DNA of 64,000 nt from an uncultured Alphaproteobacteria bacterium (GCA_963751855.1 CAVVWF010000014.1:56814-120813), one strand, 5' to 3'. Shown: positions 42,677 through 53,877, numbered from the stretch's first letter. Translations and numbers: made by a program. The notes: a model not told the origin generated them from the letters alone.

Positions 42677-43678
42677 ATGTATCTGCGCTTGTTCGCGTTG
42701 ATCGCCGCCACCGCGTTCGGAACGGGGATAGCGTATGGTCAGGTCCCCCGGGAACGCCCAAACCAGATTACATTTCAATCTGCCTCATATGCGGACTTTC
42801 GCCAACTCCTGTCGCGCGAAACCCCGGCCGTAACGGTTACGGTGCCTGCCACCTTGAGCTTTCCCGAGGAGGCAAGGGATCGTTATCCCGCCGTCGTGGT
42901 CGTCCACACCATTGCTGGCTATCTTGAGGCCAATGAAGGCCAGTACGCGGCTGAGCTGCGCAAGGCCGGCTACGCTACCTTGACCTACGACAGCTTTGCT
43001 GCGCGTGGCACGACAGGAGTCGCCCTGTCACGCTCCGGCCCGGGCTTGTGGCCGACCGCGGTGGCGGATGCCTATGCCGCGTTGCGACTGCTGGCTGGCC
43101 ATCCCAAGATCGACGCCGGTCAAATCGCCATCGTCGGTTTCTCGTATGGCGGCGAAGTGGCTCACCTGGCGGCCTTTGAGCAGCTTCGTGCCGCGTTCGA
43201 TCCGGGGCAAGCTCGGTTTGCCGTTCACGTCGCGTACTACCCGGCCGGTGTCTTTGGCGCGATCGCCGAACGAGGGGCCTACACCGGATCGCCGATCCTG
43301 ATGTTGCTTGGCGAAAAGGATGATAATCTGCCGGTGGCAAAAGTTGAGGGGTACTTGGCTTACGCGAAAGCTGCGGGATTTCCGCCCCCGATCGAAGCCG
43401 TGACCTATCTGGGCGCCTACCATGCGTGGACGGTTCCCAGTTTGACGACTTTGCGCTTCTACCCCGAATACGCGAGCACGAAGAAGTGTCCGCTTATTCT
43501 GATTGGGACAAACAGACCTACGCTCCTCGTCGATGGCCAGCTGAAGCCCTTTGACCCTCACACTTTCGGCGCGTGCATGGGCGAGGCGCCAGGCTACTCC
43601 ATGGTCTATGATGCGGCGGTTCGCACGAAGTCGGTCGCCGAAGCAATGGGATTTCTGCAACAGCATCTGCCGCCTTAA
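42677..43678 (+). CDS. dienelactone hydrolase family protein
   Basis: GFSYGG, GEKDD, YLGAYHAW. Confidence 0.85.
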   Translation: MYLRLFALIAATAFGTGIAYGQVPRERPNQITFQSASYADFRQLLSRETPAVTVTVPATLSFPEEARDRYPAVVVVHTIAGYLEANEGQYAAELRKAGYATLTYDSFAARGTTGVALSRSGPGLWPTAVADAYAALRLLAGHPKIDAGQIAIVGFSYGGEVAHLAAFEQLRAAFDPGQARFAVHVAYYPAGVFGAIAERGAYTGSPILMLLGEKDDNLPVAKVEGYLAYAKAAGFPPPIEAVTYLGAYHAWTVPSLTTLRFYPEYASTKKCPLILIGTNRPTLLVDGQLKPFDPHTFGACMGEAPGYSMVYDAAVRTKSVAEAMGFLQQHLPP

Positions 43679-43729
43679 AAGCTATAGATATGCCTACTGG
43701 ACCGCGAGGGAACCTGATGAGCAATGGGT

Positions 43730-44150
43730 CATCGTTCTCCGCCGCGTCTCAAAAATGCGACGTGGGGCGCATCATTCCGCCTGTCCAGAATACGTCCTAC
43801 AATGCGAGCGTGTACAATCCGGCTCTGTTCGGGCAATTGGCTTGGGACCTCGGTTACGGGTTTGGCTTCAGTTATGCCTTGGGGTCCTACTTCGGCATTG
43901 GCGAACCGGTGTCGTGGAATTCGACGTCGCTCAATCAGCGCTTCGCGCTGAGCTACACGGGCGGTGGCTGGAATCTGACCGCGAATGTCGTCTATGGCAT
44001 TCAGCTTGATAGCGTCACCAACCGCGCGCAAATCTCGCCATGCCCGGCTCCAGTGGTCACTACGGCTGCAACCCCGATTTCATCAATGTCGACCTGACGG
44101 CGACAAAGAAGTTCGGCAAAAGGGAGTTCGGTGCTGTGGCCTACGGCTGG
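43730..44150 (+). pseudogene. fragment of a putative outer-membrane beta-barrel (meta-pathway-type transporter)
   Basis: YNPALFGQLAWDLGYGFGFSY...NQRFALSYTGGGWNLTAN; lacks N- and C-termini. Confidence 0.55.
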
Positions 44151-44520
44151 GCCTCAAGCGCTTTCGTGCGAGGCCCGCGAGGCATTGCAGCATAAGAGTC
44201 ATTGCCCATAAGAGCCTTGGCAGCATAAGAGCCATTGCGGCATAAGCCGCGCTGGCTGTGGCATCAGCTTCATTGATGCGCGATCTCTTTAAGTCTTGCA
44301 GGTAATCTCGCAGCGCGCGAAAGCGATCTTTGCTGCATCACCAAGATGTACAGGCCTGAATTTCTATCGGCATGCAACCTACAAACCTTCGGTTAGTTGC
44401 GCATGAAGTGCGCAGGACTAGTGTGCGTTGTGGAGAGTTCATTCCTGCACAAGTTAGTCGCGCACGTGTGACTCTCGATTGTTCTCCATCAAAGTTCATT
44501 CTGACGCAAGGAGTGACGCC

Positions 44521-45790
44521 ATGTACTCACGACGTGACATGTTGGCGGCGACGGCCGCAGGTGGGGTGGTGACGGCAGCAGCAATTAATCGCGGCAAATG
44601 CTGCTCCGGTGAAGAGTGATATTTCTTTCGGCAATCCCAACGATCCGCCGCAGGGCGCAGTCAACGCCAAGAATCCAAAGAGTGTCACTGATCCCGGTCC
44701 GCAGAATCCGGCCATCAGGGACCAATTTCCGTCGGCATTTTCCCCACCGCCGACCGACGTCGGCAGCTCGCCGCTGTTCTGGGCATCGTTCAACAACGCG
44801 CCGCGGCGCATTCAAAATGGCGGCTGGGCGCGTCAGGTCACGCAGGACTCCTTCGCGATTGCGGACACCATCTCCGGTGTCAACATGCGGCTGACATCCG
44901 GCGGCATCCGCGAGATGCACTGGCACCAGTTTGCGGAATGGGCCTACATGACTTACGGCACTTGCCGCATCACCACTCTCGACGAAATGGGCCGGCCATA
45001 TATCGCCGACGTGAAAGAAGGTGACCTCTGGTTTTTCCCGGCAGGCTTGCCGCATTCGCTGCAGGGGCTCGCCCCCGACGGCTGCGAGTTTCTCATCTGT
45101 TTCGATGAGGGAAAGGCCTCCGAGTTTACCACCCTCCTGATGTCGGAATGGTTCACACATACGCCGCCGGATATCCTCGGTCAGAATTTCGGCGTTCCCG
45201 TCGAGACGTTCAAGGATATACCGTTGCGCGACCTCTACATCTTCCAGGGCGAGTTACCCGGTGAACTCGCCGCGGACCGCGCAACGGTGAGCGGAAAGGG
45301 CGCACCACCGCACCCCTTCACCTTCTCGCTCGGGTCGGGAGCTCCGGCGCGCGAGACGAAGGGCGGTACGGTGTACATTGCCGACAGCCGCAACTTCACC
45401 GTTTCCACAACCGTCGCCGCAGCACTGGTCACGGTGCGTCCCGGCGGCCTGCGGGAGATGCACTGGCATCCCAATGCCGATGAATGGCAATACTGGATCA
45501 AGGGCAAAGGGCGAATGACGGTCTTCAACACCGGCCCGAACGCCGTCACGATGGACTTCAATCCGGGCGACATCGGCTACGTCAAAAAGAATCTCGGACA
45601 CTACATCAAGAACGTGGGCGACGGCGACCTGCAGTTCCTCGAAGTGTTCAGAGCCCCCTATTTTGCGGATGTCTCCTTGTCCGACTGGATTGCGCGGACA
45701 CCGCCGGCGATGGTTGCCCAGCACTTGAACGTGAGCGAGGCGACGATCGCAAAATTCCCGAAGAACAAGCCGGAAGTCATGCCGGAATGA
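44521..45790 (+). CDS. oxalate decarboxylase family bicupin with Tat signal (frameshift near 44590)
   Basis: two REMHWH-x4-EW motifs; GGWARQVT; MYSRRDMLAA leader in a different frame. Confidence 0.88.
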
Positions 45791-45956
45791 TCGGATAGGG
45801 AGGGGCGGCTTTTGCGAAAGCAAAATGCCGTCCTTCCGACTTCGGTCGCGCGCTCGCCTGCAATCATTGCCGCGGCCCGAGAATCCAAGTGGCTGCGTCC
45901 GGTCGCGACGGATCCGGGTTTATCGCAGATCCAACCCTGATGCGGTGATCGAACCT

Positions 45957-46010
45957 TCTTGAAAGTATTCTTGGAAGTATTCTTGGAAGTATTCTTGGAA
46001 GTTTTCTTGA
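45957..46010. repeat. 12-bp tandem repeat TCTTGGAAGTAT, ~4 copies
   Basis: directly visible. Confidence 0.88.
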
Positions 46011-46061
46011 ACTCGGATTTGGTGAAGTCTGCGCGCGTTCGCTTCGTACAGCAGTTCGGCG

Positions 46062-46850
46062 TTAAGGCGCGACGGGCAGCCCCTTCAATCCGGCATCATC
46101 GAATGCACGTCGTACAGTGCCGTCGGCCTTGGCGCGCTCGACGAAGTCCTTGACGTAGGCGAGCGCAGCCGGGCGTTCCTTTTGCACGGCGATGGCAACA
46201 CCGGTGGTCTGGAACGCGCCATCGAGAATGCGCGAACCCGGCAGTTGCTTCTGAAGTGTCGGCAACGCGTCGTGGGTGAGGGCAAATGCCTGCGCGGTTT
46301 CCGCCTTCATCATTCCCATGGCTTCGTCGACGGATTTCGCGCCGACGAGCTTCGCGCTCTTCAAGCTGCGGCCGGCGGCCCGCATGGTGGTCGATCCGGC
46401 GATGCCGACGACCGTGACCTCGGGACGGTCGACCTCAGCAAGCGTCTTGATCGCGGAAGGCCCGGTCGCGAGATAGGTGCTTTCGATCACAAAATAGGGC
46501 GGGCTGAAATCGACGCGCGTTCGGCGCTCGGCGTCCGCCGGCATGAACCCGATGTCGATTGCGCCAGAACTGCAGGCATCCGTCAATTCGCCGGTGGTTG
46601 CGACAACGACCATTTCGACGGGTACGCCGAGCGTCTTTGCCAGTGCGTTACCAAGGTCGCGGGGGACACCGCGAACATCGCCGGCAGCATCCTTGGCAAC
46701 GAAAATCGGGGTGGGCGCAGGCGCATAGGCGACGCCCACGCGGAGTTTGCCGGTCGGAACGAGTTGCTTCATGACGGCATCGTCGACAGCTGACGCGGCG
46801 GTACTGATCGACAGTGCGAGCATCAATCCCAAGAGCGTTGCCACTTTCAT
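46062..46850 (-). CDS. ABC transporter substrate-binding protein (family 3)
   Basis: LVPTGKLRVG, VDFSPPYFVIE. Confidence 0.85.
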   Translation of the reverse strand: MKVATLLGLMLALSISTAASAVDDAVMKQLVPTGKLRVGVAYAPAPTPIFVAKDAAGDVRGVPRDLGNALAKTLGVPVEMVVVATTGELTDACSSGAIDIGFMPADAERRTRVDFSPPYFVIESTYLATGPSAIKTLAEVDRPEVTVVGIAGSTTMRAAGRSLKSAKLVGAKSVDEAMGMMKAETAQAFALTHDALPTLQKQLPGSRILDGAFQTTGVAIAVQKERPAALAYVKDFVERAKADGTVRRAFDDAGLKGLPVAP

Positions 46851-47016
46851 CGGTATCCCCTCGGTTGTTTTCAAGCTTGATCTAAACAGAGACTTGCATA
46901 CGCCACAATGTCGGCGATTGGCACGAATGCGAAGTGCCGACCGGCTGTGGAATGGTCTGCTTATAGGGGTAGACCGGAAGTCATCGGCGCACAGTCAAAT
47001 CGACGCGAATGACCCT

Positions 47017-48693
47017 GGCTGCGTGAAAACGAGCTGTCTGCTATGATTCGCTTGGCGATTTGCCGGGGGCAATTCATGAAGCGCTTCGTTGAGGGTGCCG
47101 ATCGCGGACAAACGACGCTGTTGCCGGAATGCCTCGATGAGTGGGTCGAGGAGAGCAATTCCGTTCGTGTGGTGGATTGCTTTGTCGACGGGCTCGATCT
47201 GGCCGATCTCGGCTTCGAAGGCGTCGAGCCTGCAGCGACAGGCCGGCCTGCCTACCACCCCTCCGTTCTTCTGAAGCTTTACATCTACGGCTATCTCAAC
47301 CGGGTGCAGTCGAGCCGCCGGCTTGAGCGCGAGGCCGGCCGAAACCTGGAAGTCATATGGCTACTCGGACGGCTCGTTCCCGATGACAAGGTGATTGCCG
47401 ATTTCCGCAAGGACAATGGCCCGGCGATCCGCAGGGTGTGCGCGAGCTTCGTCAATCTCTGTCGCCAGATGGGTCTGCTGGCGAAGGCGAGCGTCGCGAT
47501 CGACGGCAGCAAGTTCAAAGCGGTCAATAATCGAGATCGCAATTTTACACGAGGGAAGATCGATCGCCGGCGCGCGCAGCTCGAGGAGAGTGTGGCGCGG
47601 TATCTCTCCCAGCTCGATACGGCGGATCGGCAGGACCCGTCCGACGTGCTCGTGCTCAAGACGACGCGGCTCAAGGAGAAGCTCGACAAGCTGAAAGAGG
47701 AAATGGGCAAGCTCGCAGCCTACGAGAAGCAAATGTTGGCCTCGCCCGACAGCCAAATCTCGCTCACTGATCCCGACAGCCGATCGATGGCAACGAGTGG
47801 GCGTGGCTCGGGCGTCGTCGGCTACAATGTGCAGGTCGCGGTCGACACCGTGAACCATCTGATCGTGACGCACGAAGTGACGAATACCGGCTCGGATCGC
47901 TCACAACTTGCGAACGTGGCGCGGGAGGCCAAGGCCGTTCTGCAAGTCGATAAACTCGAAGCCGTTGCCGACCGCGGCTACTTCAATGGCGAGGAGATCC
48001 TGGCCTGCGAGCAGGCAGGCATCTGCGTGACGCTGCCCAAGCCGATGACATCGGGCGCGAAATCGGAAGGCCGCTTCGGCAAGCAGGACTTCGTCTATAT
48101 GCCGGAGGAGGATGTCTATCGCTGCCCCGCGGGCGAGAAGCTCAAATTCTACTATGCCAACGAGGAACACGGGCAGAAGATGCGTCGCTACTGGACGAAC
48201 GCCTGCAAGACCTGCGCAATCAAGGATCAGTGCACCACAGGCAAAGAACGCCGGATCACGCGATGGGAGCATGAGCACGTTCTCGAAACCGTGCAGCAGC
48301 GGCTGGATCAGGATCCCCAGGCCATGCGCCGCCGGCGCGAGACGGTTGAGCATCCCTTCGGCACGCTCAAGATGCGGATGGGCGCGACGCACTTCCTGAT
48401 GAAGACGCTGCCGAAGGTCGCGAGCGAGATGGCGCTCAGCGTACTCGCCTACAATCTGACGCGCGTCATGAATATCGTCGGTACAAGGGCGTTGCTGGCA
48501 GCGATCAGAGCGTGAGTGTGGAGACCCCATTGCGCGCCGATCTCGAGCCAGACCTTGCCCAGCATTCCCCACGATGACTCAGAGGCGGCGCCTGATCGTC
48601 CAACAGGAAAAAATTGCTCAGATCAGCCGTGTCGGACGACATTGACCGGATCGTGGGCCGTCGCGGGCTGCGTCAGCGCGTTATCACGCAACC
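47017..48693 (+). mobile_element. IS1182 family element
   Basis: terminal IRs GGCTGCGTGAAAACG / CGTTATCACGCAACC; GACCC on both flanks (47011-47015, 48696-48700). Confidence 0.88.
47076..48515 (+). CDS. IS1182 family transposase
   Basis: GRPAYHP, SSRRLERE, IDGSKF, TDPDS, ADRGY, RRETVEHPFGTLK. Confidence 0.93.
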   Translation: MKRFVEGADRGQTTLLPECLDEWVEESNSVRVVDCFVDGLDLADLGFEGVEPAATGRPAYHPSVLLKLYIYGYLNRVQSSRRLEREAGRNLEVIWLLGRLVPDDKVIADFRKDNGPAIRRVCASFVNLCRQMGLLAKASVAIDGSKFKAVNNRDRNFTRGKIDRRRAQLEESVARYLSQLDTADRQDPSDVLVLKTTRLKEKLDKLKEEMGKLAAYEKQMLASPDSQISLTDPDSRSMATSGRGSGVVGYNVQVAVDTVNHLIVTHEVTNTGSDRSQLANVAREAKAVLQVDKLEAVADRGYFNGEEILACEQAGICVTLPKPMTSGAKSEGRFGKQDFVYMPEEDVYRCPAGEKLKFYYANEEHGQKMRRYWTNACKTCAIKDQCTTGKERRITRWEHEHVLETVQQRLDQDPQAMRRRRETVEHPFGTLKMRMGATHFLMKTLPKVASEMALSVLAYNLTRVMNIVGTRALLAAIRA

Positions 48694-48773
48694 AAGACCC
48701 ATTGCGGGCGAGCAACGACTGTCAAATCGAAATCGGCAAAAGAAACCAGGAGCTTCGATGTTATTTATGTCTG

Positions 48774-49223
48774 TTACCGCACGACCAACACCGGCACGCT
48801 TCCGTCCGCCAGGACCTCCGATGTTTGACTCCCCAACACTAGCTTCGTGAGGCCGCGATGCCCATGCGAGGCCATGACGATCAAGTCGCAGCCTCTCGAC
48901 TTTGCTGTTTCGAAAATTGCAGTGGCTGGTTGCGCATTCGGAACATGCAAGAGTTCTGCAGATATCCCGATCTGCTCCGCCATTGCTCGAGCTTCATCGA
49001 GGATTTTGCCCGCACGTTCCTTGCAGGCTGCGTCAAAGTGATCAAACATTTCCTGCGAGGGAACCCATCCCACGTTCCCGCTCCCATAGCCTGCCAGCAG
49101 CGGTTCCGTCACGGTGATGACTGTCACTTTAGCATTCAAGGCCTTTGCTAAAGCCATCCCATGCTCAACGCCTTTTCTCGCGACATCCGATCCATCCGTG
49201 CTCAAGAGAATATTGGCGTACAT
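48774..49223 (-). CDS. universal stress protein
   Basis: ILLSTDGS, DLIVMASHGHRG...LGSQT. Confidence 0.93.
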   Translation of the reverse strand: MYANILLSTDGSDVARKGVEHGMALAKALNAKVTVITVTEPLLAGYGSGNVGWVPSQEMFDHFDAACKERAGKILDEARAMAEQIGISAELLHVPNAQPATAIFETAKSRGCDLIVMASHGHRGLTKLVLGSQTSEVLADGSVPVLVVR

Positions 49224-49255
49224 TCACAGCCTCCCTTGCTCGTCGAACATTTTCG

Positions 49256-49611
49256 TCAGACGCGCGAGCAATTGAGCCGCGCCAGTTGCCCCGAGGGGTA
49301 GATGAGAAATAGATCGCCGGTATAGTGGAAATATTCTCCAACAAATCCTTTGTCGCAAACTTAAGTTGTATCTTGTTATTGCTGGTGATGCGGGGAGCAA
49401 GCATTTTACCCTCGGCGGTCTTCATAGACAGCTTGTTCTTGTCGTCCAAGGTCACGTTCAGATCGATTGGCTTTGATTGATCGGCCGGGTTGGTCGCTTC
49501 ATGAATGACCTGTCCTTTGCAGGTAAACTGCTGTTCTGCGGCACCGCCGGGCTTAACCGCTATTGCCAGCAACACGAGGCACCATATAGCCAATTGAGTC
49601 GCCTGGACCAT
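49256..49611 (-). CDS. secreted hypothetical protein (frameshift near 49340)
   Basis: signal peptide; FTCKGQ; continues GEYFHYTGDLFLIY...LNC in another frame. Confidence 0.6.
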
Positions 49612-49671
49612 GAGATCGCTCCAATCGGGTACACGCAATTGTTAAGCTGAGAGCGGTCTGCAACATCTCCC

Positions 49672-49685
49672 TTGATCTGAATCAA
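49672..49685. promoter_or_regulatory. FNR/FixK box
   Basis: perfect TTGAT-CTGA-ATCAA about 60 bp upstream of the hypothetical-usp pair. Confidence 0.82.
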
Positions 49686-49863
49686 AGCAATTCGCAGCAG
49701 CGTTGCATGCCGGGAGACATCGAGTTTCAATACCCAACCTGTGCGCTGCTTCGCCCATAATTGTCTATGCCCGCTATTGATGCTGTGGACGGCTCCTCCA
49801 CCGGCACACGAGTGCCATGGATGTGGGCGCTGTTGAACGCTCCACGATTCGGAGGAGCGAGCC

Positions 49864-50896
49864 ATGCAGACGATCACGACAATCGGTTTGGACATCGCCA
49901 AGTCGGTCTTTCAGGTCCACGGCGTTGATGCCGCTGGCGAGGTGGCCATCCGCCGCCAGTTGAAGCGTCGCTCTGTTTTGGCGTTCTTCCAGAAGCTGCC
50001 ACCGTGTCTGGTCGGCATTGAGGCGTGCGCCTCGTCGCACCATTGGTCACGCGAGCTTCAGGCACTTGGCCATACCGTGCGGCTGATGCCGCCGGCTTAC
50101 GTGAAGCCCTACGTCAAGCGTCAGAAGAACGATGCAGCTGACGCTGAGGCTATTTGCGAAGCGGTCACAAGAGCCAGCATGCGGTTCGTGCCAACCAAGA
50201 CGCTCGAGCAGCAGAGCTGCCTGATGCTTCACCGCACACGCCATCTGCTCATCCGCCAGCAGACCGCGGTGATCAACTCGATCCGGGCTCACCTTGCCGA
50301 GTTCGGCATTGTCGCGCCGGTCGGGCGTAAAGGCGTTACCGAACTGCTCGCATGTTGTTGCCGACCCAAGCGACAAACGGGTGCCTGAGGTTGCCCGTGC
50401 GTGCCTTGCCGCGCTCGGCACTCAACTGCTCCGCCTGAAGGAGCAGATTGTGGAGTTCGATCGGATGATCATCGCCTGGCACCGTTCAAACGAGACAAGC
50501 TGACGGCTCGATGAAGCTCCCGGCGTCGGTCCGGTGCTGGCCACGGCTCTGGTCGCGACCGTTGCTGATCCAGAGTCCTTCCGATCAGGACGTAACTTCT
50601 CGGCCTGGATTGGGCTCGTTCCGAAGCAACACTCGAGTGGGGGTAAGGACCGGCTCGGCAGCATCAGCAAGCAGGGCGACCGCTATCTGCGCGGCCTGTT
50701 CGTGGCCGGCGCACTCGCCGTCATCCGCTACGCCAAGATCCACGGCACCAAGCATCGGCCCTGGCTCACGGCGTTGTTGGGGCGGCGCCCGACCAAGGTC
50801 GCCGCCATCGCGCTTGCCAACAAGATTGCGCGCATGGCCTGGGCCATGATGGCCAAGGGCGAGCGTTATAAGGAACCCGTCGCGCTGGCGGCGTGA
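49864..50896 (+). pseudogene. IS110 recombinase, disrupted (frameshift near 50348, TGA 50501-50503)
   Basis: near-identical to 59142-60173 but broken. Confidence 0.88.
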
Positions 50897-50949
50897 ACGA
50901 GATCGCGCCGGACAGCCGGCGTGATGTGAAGGTTGGGAGGGCGAACAGC

Positions 50950-51120
50950 ACGTAATGCAGAGCCGGTCGATCCGGCGGTCAGGACAACCCACTTGTGCCA
51001 TCGCATTGTCGAATGCGGGTTTTTGACCGGGACCTGATCCGCGGAGGGCATTATGGCCAGCGGTCATGTGAACCGCACCTACAGGCCGAACACATGGCTG
51101 CACCGACCAATGCTGCATAC
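50950..51120 (+). ncRNA. putative bridge/seek RNA, copy 1 (boundaries approximate)
   Basis: two stem/internal-loop modules carrying target-matching and donor-matching segments. Confidence 0.7.
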
Positions 51121-51331
51121 GTGCAGAAAGTTCTTGCCAACTCGGAGCCGTCCACACATGGCCCATCGCGTCATTTCGGTGCGATGCGGAATTTGGTCGC
51201 TATCGGGGCATAGCGGACTTTGGCGAGCGGGCCGCCCGGCAGATTAATGGGGTGGACGCTCGACGAAAACTCGGATAACGACTTCGAGAGCCCAAGAGGG
51301 GCATCAAGATGGACATCAGGATGGACCTCAA

Positions 51332-51985
51332 TCAGCCGGTTGATGCCTTGCCGGTGTAAACCGCCAGTTGAGCGTCGAAAGCCCGCTTGTAGGCGGGCCG
51401 CGCTTCGCCGCGGGCGACATAGACGATCAGGTTCGGAAATTCGTCGAGAATGCCCGATGATTTCAACCTGAGCAGCACCGACACCATCATCAAGTCGCCC
51501 GCGCTGAACGCACCGTCGAGCCAGTCGGCATCGCCGAGACGCGCGGACAACTGGTTCAGCCGGTCGCGCACACGATCCTCGACAAGCGGCAGACGCGCCT
51601 CATACCAGGGCTTGTCGCCTTCCAGCAGTTTGGCGTTTGCGAGTTCAAGGATCGGGGGCTCCACCGTGTTGAGCGCAGCAAACATCCATGTGATCGCGCG
51701 CGCCCGCGCGTCCGCCTCAATCGGCAGCAGGCCCGCATGGCGCTCGGCGATATGGAGCACGATCGCCCCTGTCTCGAACAGTGCGAGATCGCCTTCCTCA
51801 TAAGTCGGAATCTGACCGAACGGATGAAGCGCCTGATGCGCGGGTTCTTTCATCGCATGGAACGAAACAAGACGAACCTCGTAGGGTTGGCCCGCTTCTT
51901 CAAGCGCCCAGCGAACGCGCGTATCACGCGCCAGTCCCTTGCCGCCGTCGGGTGAGCGTTCAAAGGCGGTAATGGTGATGGTCAT
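51332..51985 (-). CDS. glutathione S-transferase
   Basis: RVRWALEE, HPFGQIP, LFETGAI, FSAGD. Confidence 0.93.
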   Translation of the reverse strand: MTITITAFERSPDGGKGLARDTRVRWALEEAGQPYEVRLVSFHAMKEPAHQALHPFGQIPTYEEGDLALFETGAIVLHIAERHAGLLPIEADARARAITWMFAALNTVEPPILELANAKLLEGDKPWYEARLPLVEDRVRDRLNQLSARLGDADWLDGAFSAGDLMMVSVLLRLKSSGILDEFPNLIVYVARGEARPAYKRAFDAQLAVYTGKASTG

Positions 51986-52311
51986 GGCGAAGCTCCTCCT
52001 TGGCGAAAATCATCGGCTGCGAGGCGATTGGTCAAGCCGCCAAAGACGCTTGAAAATCTATCCGTGCGGCTCAGCAAATCCACAAAAAATGTCCCGGTTA
52101 AAGCACTCTTAAACCGAATGTTGAACGATAGCTGACCTTGGCAAGGAGTTGGTCAGCCTCGCGTAAACCTGTGCCCGACGCGGCTGTGTCCCGCGCGTAA
52201 GTTTTCCCGGCAGGCTCTCTCGGCACCGCGCATCAGTGTTCGCGGTCTCCGATATTCATGAGGGAGCAGACGTTCGTTCGCTTTGATTGATTAAAGAGAT
52301 TTGAGAGAAGG

Positions 52312-53877
52312 TTGTCGTGGATGCTCACCTGGACCGGCGTTCTGGATCGACCCGCATATCTCCGGAAATGCGCAATCGTCATTGCAGTTCTCATCGGAAC
52401 GATTTTGCTTTTTCCTTTCGTCTTGAGGGCGATCGTAGGGGCTTTCCGGTGTGGCATAGACACATGCGGAGCCGTCGGTCTCATTGTGGCGACGGTTCTC
52501 AGGCCCATTCTCTTCGCTGTCACTCTGGCCATGGGGCTGAGTGCATGTATCCGCAGGGCGCGCGACGCAGGCCTTCGTCCCTGGATCGGAGCGTTTCCGA
52601 TTGTCATGTTGGCCGCCGATCAGGACTTCCTGCAATACGCCGGCGCAGGCTGGGCCTATGCCTTCTCATCCGGTGTTTTCGGCCGCATGCCTGTCTATGC
52701 GTTGTTTGGTGTCGTGCTCATGGGCCTGCTGGCCGTCCCCGCGCGCGATACGCTCCGCGGCGGCGGAAACCGCACGCTGGACTGGGTGTTGGCCGTCATG
52801 GCGGGATGGTTGACCCTCGGGGCGATGCCGCGGGTGCTCAACGTTCTGTTCCTCACCCAATTGTCGGTCGAAATCAGGAAAATATTTTACGTGTTCTCGC
52901 GTTACGCAGTTTACGCGATGCTTCTCTTCTTTGTGTTGGCTGCCTGCCGTATCTGGCTGTCGCGCTCTCCCGCGTCTGCGAGGGGCGCTCGTGAACCGGA
53001 GAGGCTTTATCGTGAACCGGAAATCGCGTCCGAAACGCCGGACCTGTGGCAACCGAAGCGCGCGGTACTGATCGGCGTCGCGATCACTTTCGCAATCATA
53101 CTCTGGTCGCTTCGGGTGAATGAAGGCACATCCTTTGGATCCTGGTCAGCGGTGTTGTTCGGGTTGATCGTGCTTCTGCCGACACTGGTGCCTTCGTTCG
53201 TCATCTATACGGCGCTGACGGCGGCCGGTTTGCGGCTCGCGGCAAAACGGGACCTGATTGCGATCACTGCCTTTTTGATCTGCCTGATTCCGTTCGGTCT
53301 TTGGATGCAGTCCAGCCGGTCTGCATTGGCAGCCAAAGCGCAGGGGCAGGCGACCATCGCCGCGATCCCGAAGACGTCGCTGCCCGCGAAAATAGAAGCG
53401 GTGGTGATCGAAGGTGACGACTGGTCGCTGATCAATTGCGCGCGCCTCCTGATGTTATCCGGCAATTACCATGTTGGCGATGTCCTGACTCGCGGACAAG
53501 GCAGTAGCGGCGGGTATCTCCGGTATACGAAGGCGACAGCCAATGGCGCGGTCGACAGAGGAATAGCAGCCGACAGCGTGCCCGCCGATCATGTCCTCAT
53601 TCGATTTTCGCGCAGCCCGAAACTCGCTCCCCAAACCGGGCTCCCAAGGGACGCCGCGTCACCACCGGTTGAGATCTACGCCGTCGAGGCCGGTGGCGAG
53701 CGACTTGTTGCCTTCACCTATACGGCGTTCAACCGGCCGCCGCATTTCCCGCCGATGCTGACGTCGATGGGGTGGTTTCGCGGCAGCAACGCCTCCACCA
53801 GCCAAACATCATGCAAAAGCACGGACGCGTTCATCCAGCGCGAGCTGCTTGACAAGTTGCCGCCACGCCGCACTTGA
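52312..53877 (+). CDS. multi-pass membrane protein, DUF805-like N-terminus
   Basis: GVLDRPAY...CIRRARDAG; many hydrophobic segments plus soluble C-terminal domain. Confidence 0.65.
   Translation: MSWMLTWTGVLDRPAYLRKCAIVIAVLIGTILLFPFVLRAIVGAFRCGIDTCGAVGLIVATVLRPILFAVTLAMGLSACIRRARDAGLRPWIGAFPIVMLAADQDFLQYAGAGWAYAFSSGVFGRMPVYALFGVVLMGLLAVPARDTLRGGGNRTLDWVLAVMAGWLTLGAMPRVLNVLFLTQLSVEIRKIFYVFSRYAVYAMLLFFVLAACRIWLSRSPASARGAREPERLYREPEIASETPDLWQPKRAVLIGVAITFAIILWSLRVNEGTSFGSWSAVLFGLIVLLPTLVPSFVIYTALTAAGLRLAAKRDLIAITAFLICLIPFGLWMQSSRSALAAKAQGQATIAAIPKTSLPAKIEAVVIEGDDWSLINCARLLMLSGNYHVGDVLTRGQGSSGGYLRYTKATANGAVDRGIAADSVPADHVLIRFSRSPKLAPQTGLPRDAASPPVEIYAVEAGGERLVAFTYTAFNRPPHFPPMLTSMGWFRGSNASTSQTSCKSTDAFIQRELLDKLPPRRT

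Larger units (their letters stand above)
49778..51160 (+). mobile_element. IS110 family (IS1111 group) element, copy 1
   Basis: 13-bp subterminal IRs TGTGGACGGCTCC (49784-49796, 51144-51156), TG core at both ends, long right non-coding end. Confidence 0.92.
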
